From: Octopus bimaculoides
Taxonomy: Eukaryota
Length of the DNA stretch: 39,101 nt
Direction: 5' to 3'
NCBI RefSeq assembly: GCF_001194135.2
Contig: NC_068986.1
Location: 45,557,665-45,596,765, forward strand
Made by a program: the position numbers and the translations under genes. Below, piece after piece: positions 11,374-22,453 of this stretch (the stretch's first letter is position 1; the number at the start of each line of letters is the position of its first letter). The notes below the pieces were generated by a model, which was not told where the DNA came from, did not search any database, and was given only the letters and a program-made list of their open reading frames with translations.

Positions 11374-12230
11374 TCTATACATAACTATCATGCTATTATA
11401 TACTTATTCGTCTATGTCTACCCTGATTACAAAGTTCATCATCTGCTCGTTCTCTATTGAATTTGTCATTGTACTCTGATTATTCCAATACCTATCCTAC
11501 TTCATTTGATACAGGTTTGATACAGATTTACAATGAAGAACCCAAAACTTCTGGAGTCATTTCAGGATTGTTTCTCTTATGGTATAGAGCTCTGCTGATA
11601 GCCAAGTAGCTAGAAATGCATTAACTGTTCTGCCAGAGGGCACCATGGAATGTCTGTTGGTATTTTTAACTATTATTGCTCAAGGTGAAAGACAATAAAG
11701 TTATGGGATACAAATTAAATGGATATTGAATAAGAGACATTTACATATATGGTCAACCATTTGGATTACAATGGATGTGGAGAATAGTTAGGAACAGCAG
11801 TTACTTAAGCGTTTAAAGTTACTGATTCATAGTTTTTAAAAAAGAGAATGAATTTTCAGCTGGCAAAATATTTTGTTAAAATTGCACAAGCTGGTTAGTG
11901 GTACTTCGTAAAGTGCTACTACAATTTGCTACTAACAATGGTAAATGCTTTGATATAAGTATTAGGACCAACTGTGTCAAGTAGCTTTATTGTTCGATTA
12001 CATCCGACATCTATTCCACCAACAACTGAAGTCTCCAAATCAAAGTGATCTGTTCATTTTCTAAATAAACTGTTTCTATGTTCATATTTGCTATCAACTC
12101 ATTTCAGTTAAGTAAAAAGTGATTATCTATATAAATATTTTAGAAGCTGACCAGAACTATATTTTATCGATCAGTAGCTGCAATAATTGTTTACTTTTGG
12201 TTAACAAATCTAGCTTTTACTATGTTACAG

Positions 12231-12319
12231 TGGAATATCAGTTGGCATTAAGTGTTTGGAGAATGCTAAATGTCCTGTATCACAGTATATCCATGATGCT
12301 TATGCTTATTATGGGTGTG
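12231..12319 (+). CDS. Cys-rich repeat protein, exon e (phase 2 to 1): GISVGIKCLENAKCPVSQYIHDAYAYYGC
   Basis: Acceptor CTTTTACTATGTTACAG, donor GTAAGT, 89 nt; C-x5-C spacing equals that of exon g. Confidence 0.87.
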
Positions 12320-12455
12320 GTAAGTATTTCCTTTTTCATTTTAATTTTATTATTTCTCCACAAAAATGTTGTTTAAAAAATGTAAACATATTTAATGTTC
12401 AATTCTAATTTTCCTATCTTTGGAAAGACCTAAAATTATGATCCAAATAAATCAC

Positions 12456-12674
12456 TAATACCGGTTTCAAATTGTGGCACAAAGCTAGCAATTTCAGGGA
12501 GGGTTTAAGTCAATTACACTGACCTCAGTGCTCAACTGGTACTTATTTTATCAACCCTGAAAAAATAAATGGTAAAGTTGACCTCAGGAGGATTTGAATT
12601 CAGAACGTAAAAACGGGTAAAATATCACTAAGCATTTTGCTCACCTTGTTAATGATTCTGTCAGCTCACTGCCC
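12456..12674 (-). mobile_element. tRNA-derived SINE (family 2)
   Basis: Reverse complement reads GGCAGTGAGCTGACAGAATC...GATAAAATAAGTACCAGTTGAGCACTG...GTGCCACAATTTGAAACC, as in the other family-2 copies. Confidence 0.85.
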
Positions 12675-12705
12675 TAAATATGTTACTAATATTATCAGAA
12701 AGTAG

Positions 12706-13052
12706 AAGGCAGCAAGCTGGCAGAATCCTTAACATGCTGGGCAAAATGCTTAGTGGTATTTTGTCCGTCTTTACATTCTGAGTTTAAATACTGCCGAGGT
12801 TGACCTTGCCTTTTACTCTTTCAGGATCAATAAAATAAGTACCAGTTGAGCACTGGGGGTCGATGTAATCGATTTATCCCTTCCCTGAAATTGCTGGTTT
12901 TGTGCCAAAATTTGAAACCAATACTGACAGGAAGTACAAGGAGACAAGTTGGTAGAATTGTTATCATGCCAGGCAAAATGCTTAGCTGCATTTCATTCAT
13001 CTTGAATGTTCTAAGTTCAAATTCTGCCTTGGTTGACATTTCCTTTCATCCT
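12706..13052 (+). mobile_element. Family 2 SINE (12706-12923) plus partial copy (12948-13052)
   Basis: AAGGCAGCAAGCTGGCAGAATC head and GATAAAATAAGTACCAGTTG body; the second copy runs into (TG)n and a gap. Confidence 0.85.
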
Positions 13053-13115
<63 letters not shown>

Positions 13116-13234
13116 NNNNNNNNNNNNNNNNNNNNNNNNNNNNNNNNNNNNNNNNNNNNNNNNNNNNNNNNNNNNNNNNNNNNNNNNNNNNNNNNNNNNN
13201 NNNNNNNNNNNNNNNNNNNNNNNNNNNNNNNNNN
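13053..13234. other. (TG)n followed by assembly gap 13116-13234 (further gap at 13691-13718)
   Basis: Read directly. Confidence 0.97.
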
Positions 13235-13308
13235 CCGATACTGCTAAGAGCATTATACGTGCAAAACGAATGGTCCCCCTATGACCAGCTATAACTTTTA
13301 ACTTCTTA

Positions 13309-13505
13309 AGAATTATTTAGAATTACAAACAAATGGACTAAACGGAAAATACACTCATAGAATGTCACTAAATCGTCATAGTCCAGAGAATCATAACCAT
13401 TTCACGTGTTGAAATTGTTATGATTCTTTGAACGATAATTGATGAGGATTTAGCGATATTCTGTGTATTTTCCGTTTGTTCTGTTTGTACTTGTATATAA
13501 TTTCT
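13309..13505. mobile_element. Foldback element (near-perfect hairpin)
   Basis: Inner stem AGAATCATAACCATTTCA / TGAAATTGTTATGATTCT (17/18) around a 5-nt loop; outer stem AAACGGAAAATACAC...CTAAATCGTCAT pairs with ATGAGGATTTAG...GTGTATTTTCCGTTT. Confidence 0.75.
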
Positions 13506-13855
13506 GAACATATTATTTCCTGTAACACCACGCAAGTTCCTATTTTGTAACCATTCTGTACACACACGCACACACACACACATGCTTCTGTCATGTGAGA
13601 AACCACATCATGTATATAAACGCCAATTAAAAAACGGTATGAACTTTTTCCCAGCCCAATTTTTATATGTATGACAAAGTTAAACTATGCNNNNNNNNNN
13701 NNNNNNNNNNNNNNNNNNACACACGTAAGGTTTAACATATTTAAACGTTAATTATTGGTTATGGACAAATATTCAGCAACTGAACAGCTGAAAAATGTTA
13801 AAATAATCTTGTTATTTGTATTGTTCAATACATGTAATATTTTTTTCTGTTGCAG

Positions 13856-13940
13856 GTTCCAGTTGCAATGGTAATGTAGAAGCTGAGTGTATAGCTATAT
13901 TAAAAGAGCCACTAAACAGCACAAGGGAAGAGCAATGCGG
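13856..13940 (+). CDS. Cys-rich repeat protein, exon f (phase 1 to 2): GSSCNGNVEAECIAILKEPLNSTREEQCG
   Basis: Acceptor TTTTTTTCTGTTGCAG, donor GTAAAT, 85 nt and open. Confidence 0.87.
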
Positions 13941-14480
13941 GTAAATATAGAAACGTATCCTTCAACCATATCTTCCAAAAGACGTTCAATATAACTTATA
14001 TAACTTAGAAAAGCAACATTCAGAAAAGGATTGGCATGATGTCTAGTTTTTTCTATGCTACTTTTAATATAATACGTTATATCTTAATATTTATGGAGTA
14101 TGGATCATATGAACTAATGTGGTTTTGTAGAACTACTGGAAGTCTTTACCTTTATATTGTGCATACGTCCTTAATTTATATTTGTAGCTCAATGAAAGGT
14201 AATCAGTTACGCAATTGATTACTTAAGAGTGAAATGTCTTGACCAAGGGCTAAACTGTTATATTCAGGGAATAGATTTGTGTTTTATTCTTTCTAGTTTC
14301 GAAGTTTGTGTAAGAGAATGAAGGACAGGAAACTTTCATTGTTAGTATTTGAACCAAATCATCTGAAGTATCGAACAAGATAATGTAAAGTATATAGTAA
14401 GAATCTGTACATCATCCCGCAAATTTCAAACGCAATTTACCTTTGATAATAGATATTACTACTGTTATTTAAGTGCCCTT

Positions 14481-14611
14481 AAGGCGGTGAGCTGGCAGAA
14501 TCGTTAAGACGTCGGGAAAATGCTTAGCGGCATTTCACTCGTCTTTATGTTCTGAGTTCAAATTCCGTGGAGGTTGACTTCACCTTTCATCCTTTCTGGG
14601 TCGATAAAATC
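14481..14611 (+). mobile_element. Family 2 SINE, 3'-truncated
   Basis: AAGGCGGTGAGCTGGCAGAATCG...GTTCAAATTCC...CTTTCATCCTTTCTGGGTCGATAAAAT. Confidence 0.85.
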
Positions 14612-14629
14612 CACACGTTGATGGAATGA

Positions 14630-15771
14630 CATCATCAGTTTTTAAATTCCAATTTTATAATAGGCGAAAAGAAAAAGACAGAAAAAAGATAGAAAAAAGA
14701 GGAAAGAAAAAAGAAGAATATTTAATCAAACAGTTTTGTATAAATTTGATGATATTCTCCTGTCAGTTTATTCATTCCTGCAGGGCGTGATGTTAATAAC
14801 CCGCAAACATATTTCTCCTCATGCATTCCGAGAAGTGAAAATGAAGCAGATTCAGAATATTTTCTGAGAATATGCACTTTCAAGTCTTTTTCAAAACTGT
14901 AGTCGTTTGAAACGAAATGTCCAGCAAGTTCTGTCGAACTACTGTTATTGTTCCTGACGTCGAATCTGTGCCCATCAAATCTGTTTAATTGTTCTGTTGT
15001 ACAACCAACATAAATCAAGTTGTATTTCGTGCATTCTGCCGCGTACACCAAATGGGAATCTCTACATGTCTGTATAAATCATAACATTTCTGTTATGATT
15101 CCTGATGGTATTCACTTGACTCAGTGAACAGGGCTTACCTCTCTTGCGGCTGGTTTTCAAGGTACAGCGTGCAGATACACCAATGTTCGTTTTCTTGGAG
15201 TCAGAAATAGAGGTCAATAATTCTCTTATGTTCTTATTCCGTCTAAAGGCTACAATAGGCGGCTGAGGAAATATCTGTTTGCAAAGAGGATATTTTTTCG
15301 CCACATGCTGGTAACTTTCCTGCAACACTTTTGAAATGCCAGCGAAATGTCGGTGCCAGTTAATCACTAAAGGAATTCTGTCATCTATTGTATTGCGTTT
15401 CCTAAAATTATGCGTGAAGGTTTGACTATCTTTGCTAATCTTAGCTATTTTATTTGCTATTCCCTTTAATTGTGATTCACTGTAACTACGTTTGACATAA
15501 TTATGTGCAAAAGCATTTGCATGTTTCCAGTAATCTCCTATGTCAGTACAAATCCTCAAAAATTGGGATTTCGAATTTGACTGAATAACATGATGTTGAT
15601 GATCAGAGCGGTGGTGGAGATAAATTTTTTTTGCCTGTGTGGACGCTGGTTGCTCTTGTTCACACTTTAAATTTAAATTTCTATAATTCTGAATATTTAT
15701 CACCTCTTATTTTGAACTTGACAAAGACAGACTTACTGTCAAAATATCGTTCAACCAATAAAATATCTATT
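14630..15771 (-). mobile_element. Penelope-like retroelement 3' part: RT thumb, linker and GIY-YIG endonuclease
   Basis: ORF 15062-15703: YLHHRSDH..H...SQFLRIC...IPLVINWH...IFPQPPIVAFRRNKNIRELL. ORF 14722-15051: VYAAECTKYNLIYVGCT..LNRFDGHRFD...LLTSRPAGMN. One frameshift between them; purine-poor 3' tail. Confidence 0.9.
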
Positions 15772-15772
15772 A

Positions 15773-16152
15773 CTAGCAGTATAGCCCGGCGTTGCCCGGG
15801 ATTAAGTTACGACTATTAAGCTAATCAAGCGATTTGCTTCAAACCAAACTAAATTACACCGACGTCAAATTTGAGCGAAATCCATTGAAATTCGTAAACG
15901 TTTGGCTGAAAAATGGGTTGCTGACAATTTGATTGGGAAATCCCATAAGGAATCGGTTTATCGATTTTTCCACTCATCGATTTTTTTTCTGGAGAACTTA
16001 AAGCATTCAAAGATCTCATGAGTCCTAAATAACGTTGGCATCAAGTTTGAACAAAATACGTCAAAATTGGTAAAAGTTATAGTTGAAAATGGGGTGTAGC
16101 CAATTTTAGTGGAGAATCCTATAAGGAATCGGTTTATCAATTTTTCATCCTG
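15773..16152 (-). mobile_element. Non-autonomous Helitron-like element
   Basis: Minus strand reads hairpin CCCGG-GCAACG-CCGGG, 8 nt, then CTAG|T, the canonical Helitron 3' end. Internal ~29-bp direct repeat at 15941 and 16118. The 5' end is tentative. Confidence 0.6.
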
Positions 16153-16285
16153 ATGAAGGGAATTGCTTTTTGAATTTTTCGGTATATTTTTTGTTAATTC
16201 TCTTGTTTACACTTTTTTATGTAATCCCCTGCCGCATCATCTTGTCAATCCTTGTGGTTAATAAAGAAAGCATTATTTTAGCAAA

Positions 16286-17160
16286 GAGCCGTAGAGTGAC
16301 AGAATCGATTGAGCGTCGAAAAAATTGTTCTTGCGGTAATTGTTCTGGATCTTTATCTTCCCACTTCAAATTCCGCCGAAGTAAACATTACCTTTCGTAC
16401 CCCCGGGGTCGATAAAATGAAGTAACAGTTAAGTTCTTGGGTTGATTGTTTTAACTAACCCCTCCTCTCAAAACTACAGGCTTTGCGTCTAAATCAAAAA
16501 CCATTATCATAAAAAGAAAGCAGTGGCATATTGGCTGAATCCTTAGCGCGCCGGGAAAATGCTTTGCAGTATTTCTTTCAACTCTTTACATTCTGAATTC
16601 AAATCCTACTTTTACTACTATTACTCGAGCTGGCAGAATGGTTACCAAGTCGGAAAAGTTCAAATTTTGCTGAGGTCGACTTTGTTTTCATCCTTCCAGA
16701 GTCGAGAAAATAAGTACTAGTTAAGTACTGGGGTTGGTATACCCGATTATGTCCCTCCACCGAAAATTGCTGGTCATGTGCCAAAATTTGAAACCATTAA
16801 GTTGGCGAGGCTGCAGAATCTTTAGCGCTCCAGACAAAATGCTTAGCATTATTTCTTCCGGCTCTGTTTTCAAATGCTATAATAATAATAATAATAATAG
16901 TGTTTGATAATAATAATTTTTTAAGGCGATGAACTGGCAGAAATCGTTAGCACGGCGGAGAAAATGCTTAGCAGCATTTCGTCCGTCTTTACGTTCCGAG
17001 TTCAAATTCCGCCGAGGTCAACTTTGCCTTTCATCCTCTCGGGGTCGATAAGTTAAGTAGCAGTTGAGTACTGGGATCGACGTAATCAATTTAACCATTC
17101 CACTACCAAAGAAAAAGAATTCAGGCCCTGTGCCTTTAGTAGAAAGGATTATTATTATAA
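16286..17160 (+). mobile_element. Cluster of five same-orientation family 2 SINE copies or fragments
   Basis: Heads at ~16286, 16520, 16627, 16803 and 16923, separated by short (AAT)/(CTA)-like tails. Confidence 0.8.
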
Positions 17161-17728
17161 TCATCATGGTGATTAATTTAAGAATCAGAGAAATGTTCAA
17201 CAAAATACCTTACGATATTTAATTATGTCTATTAATTGTTTCTAAATTGGAATAGCATCAAGCTTGAATTTGCTGTTTTCCTACAGGGGTTGATGTAAAA
17301 TACGTTGCAGTTAAGTACTCGGAGTAACTTGAATTCACTTGGACCATATCCTAGTAAATAGCGCTACTCATTTGTTGGCTTATATTTATTGACGAGTAAA
17401 AATATAGATTCTTTTAACCCTTTACCTGTCCAAAGCATTTGTTTTCAGACTTTTAGTCAGCCCTTGTTTCATATGTTCTGAGAAGTATAAAGCTTTCCAT
17501 TCATAAGTCCAAATTACTCTGGTGGTTGAATAAAATTGGGGATGTGTATGATACATGGATGTTCAGATGCCAGGGAAATATTTTCTGTGTATCACTTGTA
17601 TTAATAATTTACAGGATAGGCAAAGGTTTATTCACAGGAGCACGAGGAAAACATTGTGAATAGTGTCAACTTACATGTTTTACTGCGTATTATATCGATT
17701 CAACAATATTTTTTTTATCTCTTCCTAG

Positions 17729-17811
17729 ATATTTTAGAGAAAAACGTGGATGTTATGACAAAGCCAAGTGTGAGAGGAATGATCAATATATGAATCTTCT
17801 GGAATGTAGTG
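17729..17811 (+). CDS. Cys-rich repeat protein, exon g (phase 2 to 1): YFREKRGCYDKAKCERNDQYMNLLECS
   Basis: Acceptor TTTTTTTATCTCTTCCTAG, donor GTAAGT, 83 nt; C-x5-C-x11-C as in exon e. Confidence 0.87.
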
Positions 17812-18769
17812 GTAAGTAGCCCTTTACTTATTGTTAGGCACAACTAAGGCAATTATTAGTTTGGCTAATGCGGAAATAAGGTGAATTAAAGTGTAATGTA
17901 TGGAAAATTGCCCCACTTTAAATCTTCGGATGTCAAACATGGCAGATTTGTTTTAGGCCACTATTCAATGATTAATAATGCCAGATCTAAATATTTTCAG
18001 TCTGAATTTTGGTATTGTAATACACATTTATGTCTACTATCAGAATGTTATTGATTTAATTACCTGAAATTGTCGTTCAGCCTTTTAATTTGAATGTCCA
18101 TAAAATCAATACCAGACACAACTAGGAGCTGAATTTCTCAGGATTGACTAAGTTCAAAGACCACGTCACTCAGGAAAAGTTTCAGGCAATTTGAGAGACC
18201 ACCTTTCAAGTCTGATTCACAGTTATCTGGACTGTTCCATGGTTAAAATTTGAATATTTATTCATTTATGTAGAAATGACTGATTCTAACTCTATTCACA
18301 TGAAACTATTTTGTTATGGAAGTTCATTCTCTATGTCATACTTATATCCTTAATTCCTGCGTCTCCCCCACGTATAATAGCTTTACGTTATTGGGTTCAT
18401 AAAATTTTAATCATGTCTTGATTTTGATTTGTTTTCTTGTTTTTGCGAGAGTTTTGATCTGGAACTGAGTTGAAACAACGATGTCATGTTTGAAAAGAGT
18501 CACAATTAATAAAACCTCATCAGCTTTGGTTTATCTATCATTCAGTTCGTTTTACAAAGCAGTTGTTTGTTTATGACATCAAAAATAATTTCCCCTCCAC
18601 CAACCTGTAACCTATTCAATGGATGTACATTTTTAAATGCTTGATTTTTAATTTTTACTGATGCTACATCTCATTAGCATAATCAAACAACAAAGGCTTT
18701 CGAAGAAAAAAAAAAGTGAAATATAGACAAACAACATCTAGTGACCAAGTATTCAGATTTTATTAGATA

Positions 18770-19231
18770 CTAGTGGGACCCGTGAATATTTCACGAAATT
18801 AATAGTAAACGTGTTGGGTTGTTCCTGAAAACTTTATCCAAAATACCTGAAAGCGTAGCTTGTGTTGTATCTGTATCAAAAGATAATCGCTCATCTGCTA
18901 ATCATTTGAAAAGTGAAGGGAATCGGAATATGTTGATTACTTAATGCACTTTATATATTCACTTTATATACTTTATGCACAATTTTATAGACTTAATACA
19001 CAGCACTCTTCCTCTTTCTCTCTCACTCCTCGACTTACCATTTTTGCCTCTCCTTTTTCTTTCGCTCTTCGCCTTTCCCTTCAACTAATCACGTGAAAGC
19101 GTTACAGATGGACTAAATAATAGAGGGAAAAACTTGGTTAAAAAAATTAAACATTTTACTCCGCTGTCCCTCCCCCTATATCCCCTCCCCTTCAACTAAT
19201 CCCGGAAGCGTTACGGACGGGCTAAGATGTT
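18770..19231 (-). mobile_element. Helitron-like non-autonomous element (second family), running into gap 19232-19463
   Basis: Minus strand reads hairpin CGTGAA-ATA-TTCACG, 7 nt, then CTAG|T. A diverged ~40-bp direct repeat CCCTTCAACTAATC...AAGCGTTAC lies at 19077 and 19188. Confidence 0.5.
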
Positions 19232-20019
19232 NNNNNNNNNNNNNNNNNNNNNNNNNNNNNNNNNNNNNNNNNNNNNNNNNNNNNNNNNNNNNNNNNNNNN
19301 NNNNNNNNNNNNNNNNNNNNNNNNNNNNNNNNNNNNNNNNNNNNNNNNNNNNNNNNNNNNNNNNNNNNNNNNNNNNNNNNNNNNNNNNNNNNNNNNNNNN
19401 NNNNNNNNNNNNNNNNNNNNNNNNNNNNNNNNNNNNNNNNNNNNNNNNNNNNNNNNNNNNNNNATATATATAGCATATATTGTTACACTTAACGCGTCAC
19501 TTTCGCGTAACTATAATTATAAACAATTAACTTTTACTTAACCCTTATTTCATCGATTGTTACAAGCTTCAACTGCAAACTTACCTTTTCGACGTTACTC
19601 GTATTTTCTGAAAATATCTTTCACATTCTTTAACATGTTTTGATATGAAATAAATTTAATAATACATATGAACAACCCTTCAGCCTCTGCTAGAAACGTT
19701 TTAACCTATTGATTAAATGAATATTTGCTGCTAAAATTGTTTGAACATTAATCGAATTAGCACTTAGCACTTAGGATGGCATCATGTTAATATTCAACAT
19801 GTACAACAGGCGATTTAGAATTAAGAAAATAAATTCATTGCTATCTTGTTCAAACTGGAGGAAAAAGTTCTACACCAACTACTTTATGGATCTTCAGAAG
19901 ATGATCAGTATTTTTACATTGAACTATACACGGAATGTTTCCAATCCAATCATTCAAAGATCCTGGATCATTTTCTCTAAATGTGTTTTCACATGTAAGA
20001 AATAATAAAAACATGTTAT

Positions 20020-21620
20020 AAATTATTCGTTCTTTGTTGGTCACAAGGGCCACACACAAAATAAAGAATAGTGTGGGTTTACTTTAAAAAAAACGTGTAA
20101 ACAATAATACAATAAAATTGTAAACAATAAAATTCCATATTAGTGGTGTGTCACCCAGGAGCGACTAAAGAATCCCACAGTTCCCGACTCATCCTACTCA
20201 CCAGGGGTGTCATGGTGAGTGCTCCTCTGCCCTTCCTAAATTTCAGCCTACAAGTATATGCTTCATGTGGGTCGATTTCCTCGGGCCATTCGCGCTACAT
20301 TCACATAGCTTTCAACAAATTTAAAGGGAGACAGTACGTCCCTCTTAAATCACATTTTCTTTTCCAAGTGGAGCCTGAAAAAGTTGATGGGCGCTTGAGC
20401 AAAGTGGAAAGTGCCTGTTTTCAGCTCTTTCAGTCACTTCCACCACACAACCACTTTCACCATAGTTACCAGAGAAAAACTGTTGGCCTTTCCTGATCAA
20501 AAGAAGGCGGTGGATCAAAGGAAGGTGATCTTCACGATGGAGTTGGCTGATAATCGGATCCGTTCTACATGTGACAGCAGGTGTTCAATATAACTCCACA
20601 AATCAACAATGCTCGAACACAGTATAAGTGTGTGCAGGCTTGTTTTGTCGTTCTAAGCTTATTTCGTACAGGCGTGGCTTACAGCAATACCATGTCTGCA
20701 GTATTTATCTCAAACCGGCAATGTTCTCTCCTGTAGCAATCCTAAGCCAGACATTTTTAGAAGTTATTCATGGGCCCTGGCCCGAATGTTCTCCGGAAAA
20801 GACCAGCCAATTGATTTCCAATGACACCTAGGATTTTTCCGAGAATGTCGCCTCTTTTGCTCGCCACTAAGCCCTTGCAGAACGTCCACCGACCATATTG
20901 CCCTACAAGCAGAGGATTATGAGTGCACCCAAGTTGCCAGGTGCTCTACATTGGTCTGCATCTTTGTCAAAGTGATGAGCTACCGAAAAGCAAGTTTCAC
21001 AAATGGTGACCTTAACTGTTCACCGTCAAAGAAACGCTAGAGATGTTGCAGCCTTAGTGCAAGCCAGCGCATCATTAGCCAGTACATGCCCAGTCCTCAA
21101 CTCAGCGGATGCTGACCACAAATGGACCGTCATCCTTTGACCAGATTAACTTTTCTTTTGCAACCTGTGGACTTACAATATATATATTGTTTTCGATATC
21201 AAGCAAAACGGCCGCTACTACCTAGCAGATATCTCTTTCTGATGGCAGATAGACCACCTTTATTTATACTATTCTCCAGTCGAAAATGAGTTTTTCACTC
21301 ATTAGGAGTGTTACATAATACCTCCTCTTTTCTTCGCTAGTTGGAAATCTCACCCCATTCGTATCAAATAATTCCCTCGAGCGACAATATTTTGGTGACC
21401 CCAGATTTGTCTAAGACGCTTTTCAATTTCGTTTCTTACTTCCACTCCGATACACTTATATACTTTTTGTGCGGGACGCTAAAGAATACTGTTTTTTCCA
21501 ACACTTGTTAGGAAATATTGGCATTTTTCAAATCTTGCGGTGGTAGCGAAATTAATCCCTGCATTCGAAACATGTTTGCGAAACAGTTAACTACTGGTTT
21601 GCTAGCCACGGCATTGTTGT
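20020..21620 (-). mobile_element. Tx1/L1-clade LINE, copy A: ORF1-like 5' piece joined to ORF2 C-terminus and 3' UTR
   Basis: Minus-strand peptides: CGQHPLS*GLGMYWLMMRWLALRLQHL (~21120), RTFGPGPMNNF*KCLA*DCYR..LPV (~20790), HTLILCSSIVDLWSYIEHLL (~20610). ORF1-like EKTVFFSVP...VRFPTSEEK...IKVVYLPSE at 21500-21200. Confidence 0.75.
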
Positions 21621-21699
21621 TATTAATGGCGTTAATGTTAATGCTACTCAACTCAACCACCAGTTTGGTAAGTATCCTCTCTTCATCTTCTCTCTCAAT

Positions 21700-22330
21700 T
21701 TACAGGTGTATTCTCAGAGCGGGCTGTTCACTTGGACCGTTCTTACCACTCTTACCCACCGTTCAACAGATTTGCTGGAAGGTAGCTCTTCCTCTCAACC
21801 CTCACTTCGCTTTTCAAGAAAAGCTTCAAAAAGCTGAGAGCTTGGCCAAAGCAGAAGTTTTCTATCTTCAGCCCTTTCATCCGGTCCACCACATAACCTC
21901 TTTCGTTCACCAGACTGATAAAAACCCCGTGTCCTTCCCGGTTGAAGGAAGGTGGTACGACATTCTTCACAATGGACTCAGCTGATAGTAAGATTGATCT
22001 AACACGCAACAACAGATGTTCGACATAATCCTACAAGTCTCTGTCACTGGACGAGTGCGTGCAGAACAGTTTCGTCAGTTTGTGTGCTTCTCGGCAGATC
22101 ACACTTCTATGATTAGGATTTATCGCGAACAGACAATGCTCACCGATAGCACTGCTAGACTAGAAATTTCAGGAAGTTATACATGGGTGGTGGCCTGAAA
22201 GTTTCCTGGAATAGACCAATCTATTGAATCTCGCCGACATTGAATCTTCCCGAGAACGTCGTCGCTCTTGCCCGCAAATAAATCTCCACAGAACATGAAG
22301 GAAAACTTTTGCCTACCGCACCGACAAACT
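21700..22330 (-). mobile_element. Tx1/L1-clade LINE, copy B: ORF2 C-terminal (zf-RVT / CCHC) fragment
   Basis: FRPPPMYNFLKFLV*QCYR*ALSVRDK...DETVLHALVQ...DL*DYVEHLL...LSAESIVK...ERWVRV; collinear with copy A. Confidence 0.78.
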
Positions 22331-22453
22331 AGCAGAGGATTGTGAGCAACTGTCTGCTAGATTTCTGTTTACTTCTTTGTTCGAAAAAGCTATCATCTAG
22401 TTGCTTTTTAATTGCTAGCAAAACAACTGTATTTCGATATGTTACTACAATAT

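Noticed and set aside
11526-11581. Phase-compatible candidate exon FTMKNPKLLESFQDCFSY
   Set aside because: Weak donor (GTATAG), only one Cys; exon e fits the pattern far better. Could be a minor alternative exon.
16286-17160. Repeat-spacer-like array
   Set aside because: The units are diverged SINE copies in a eukaryotic context, not CRISPR.
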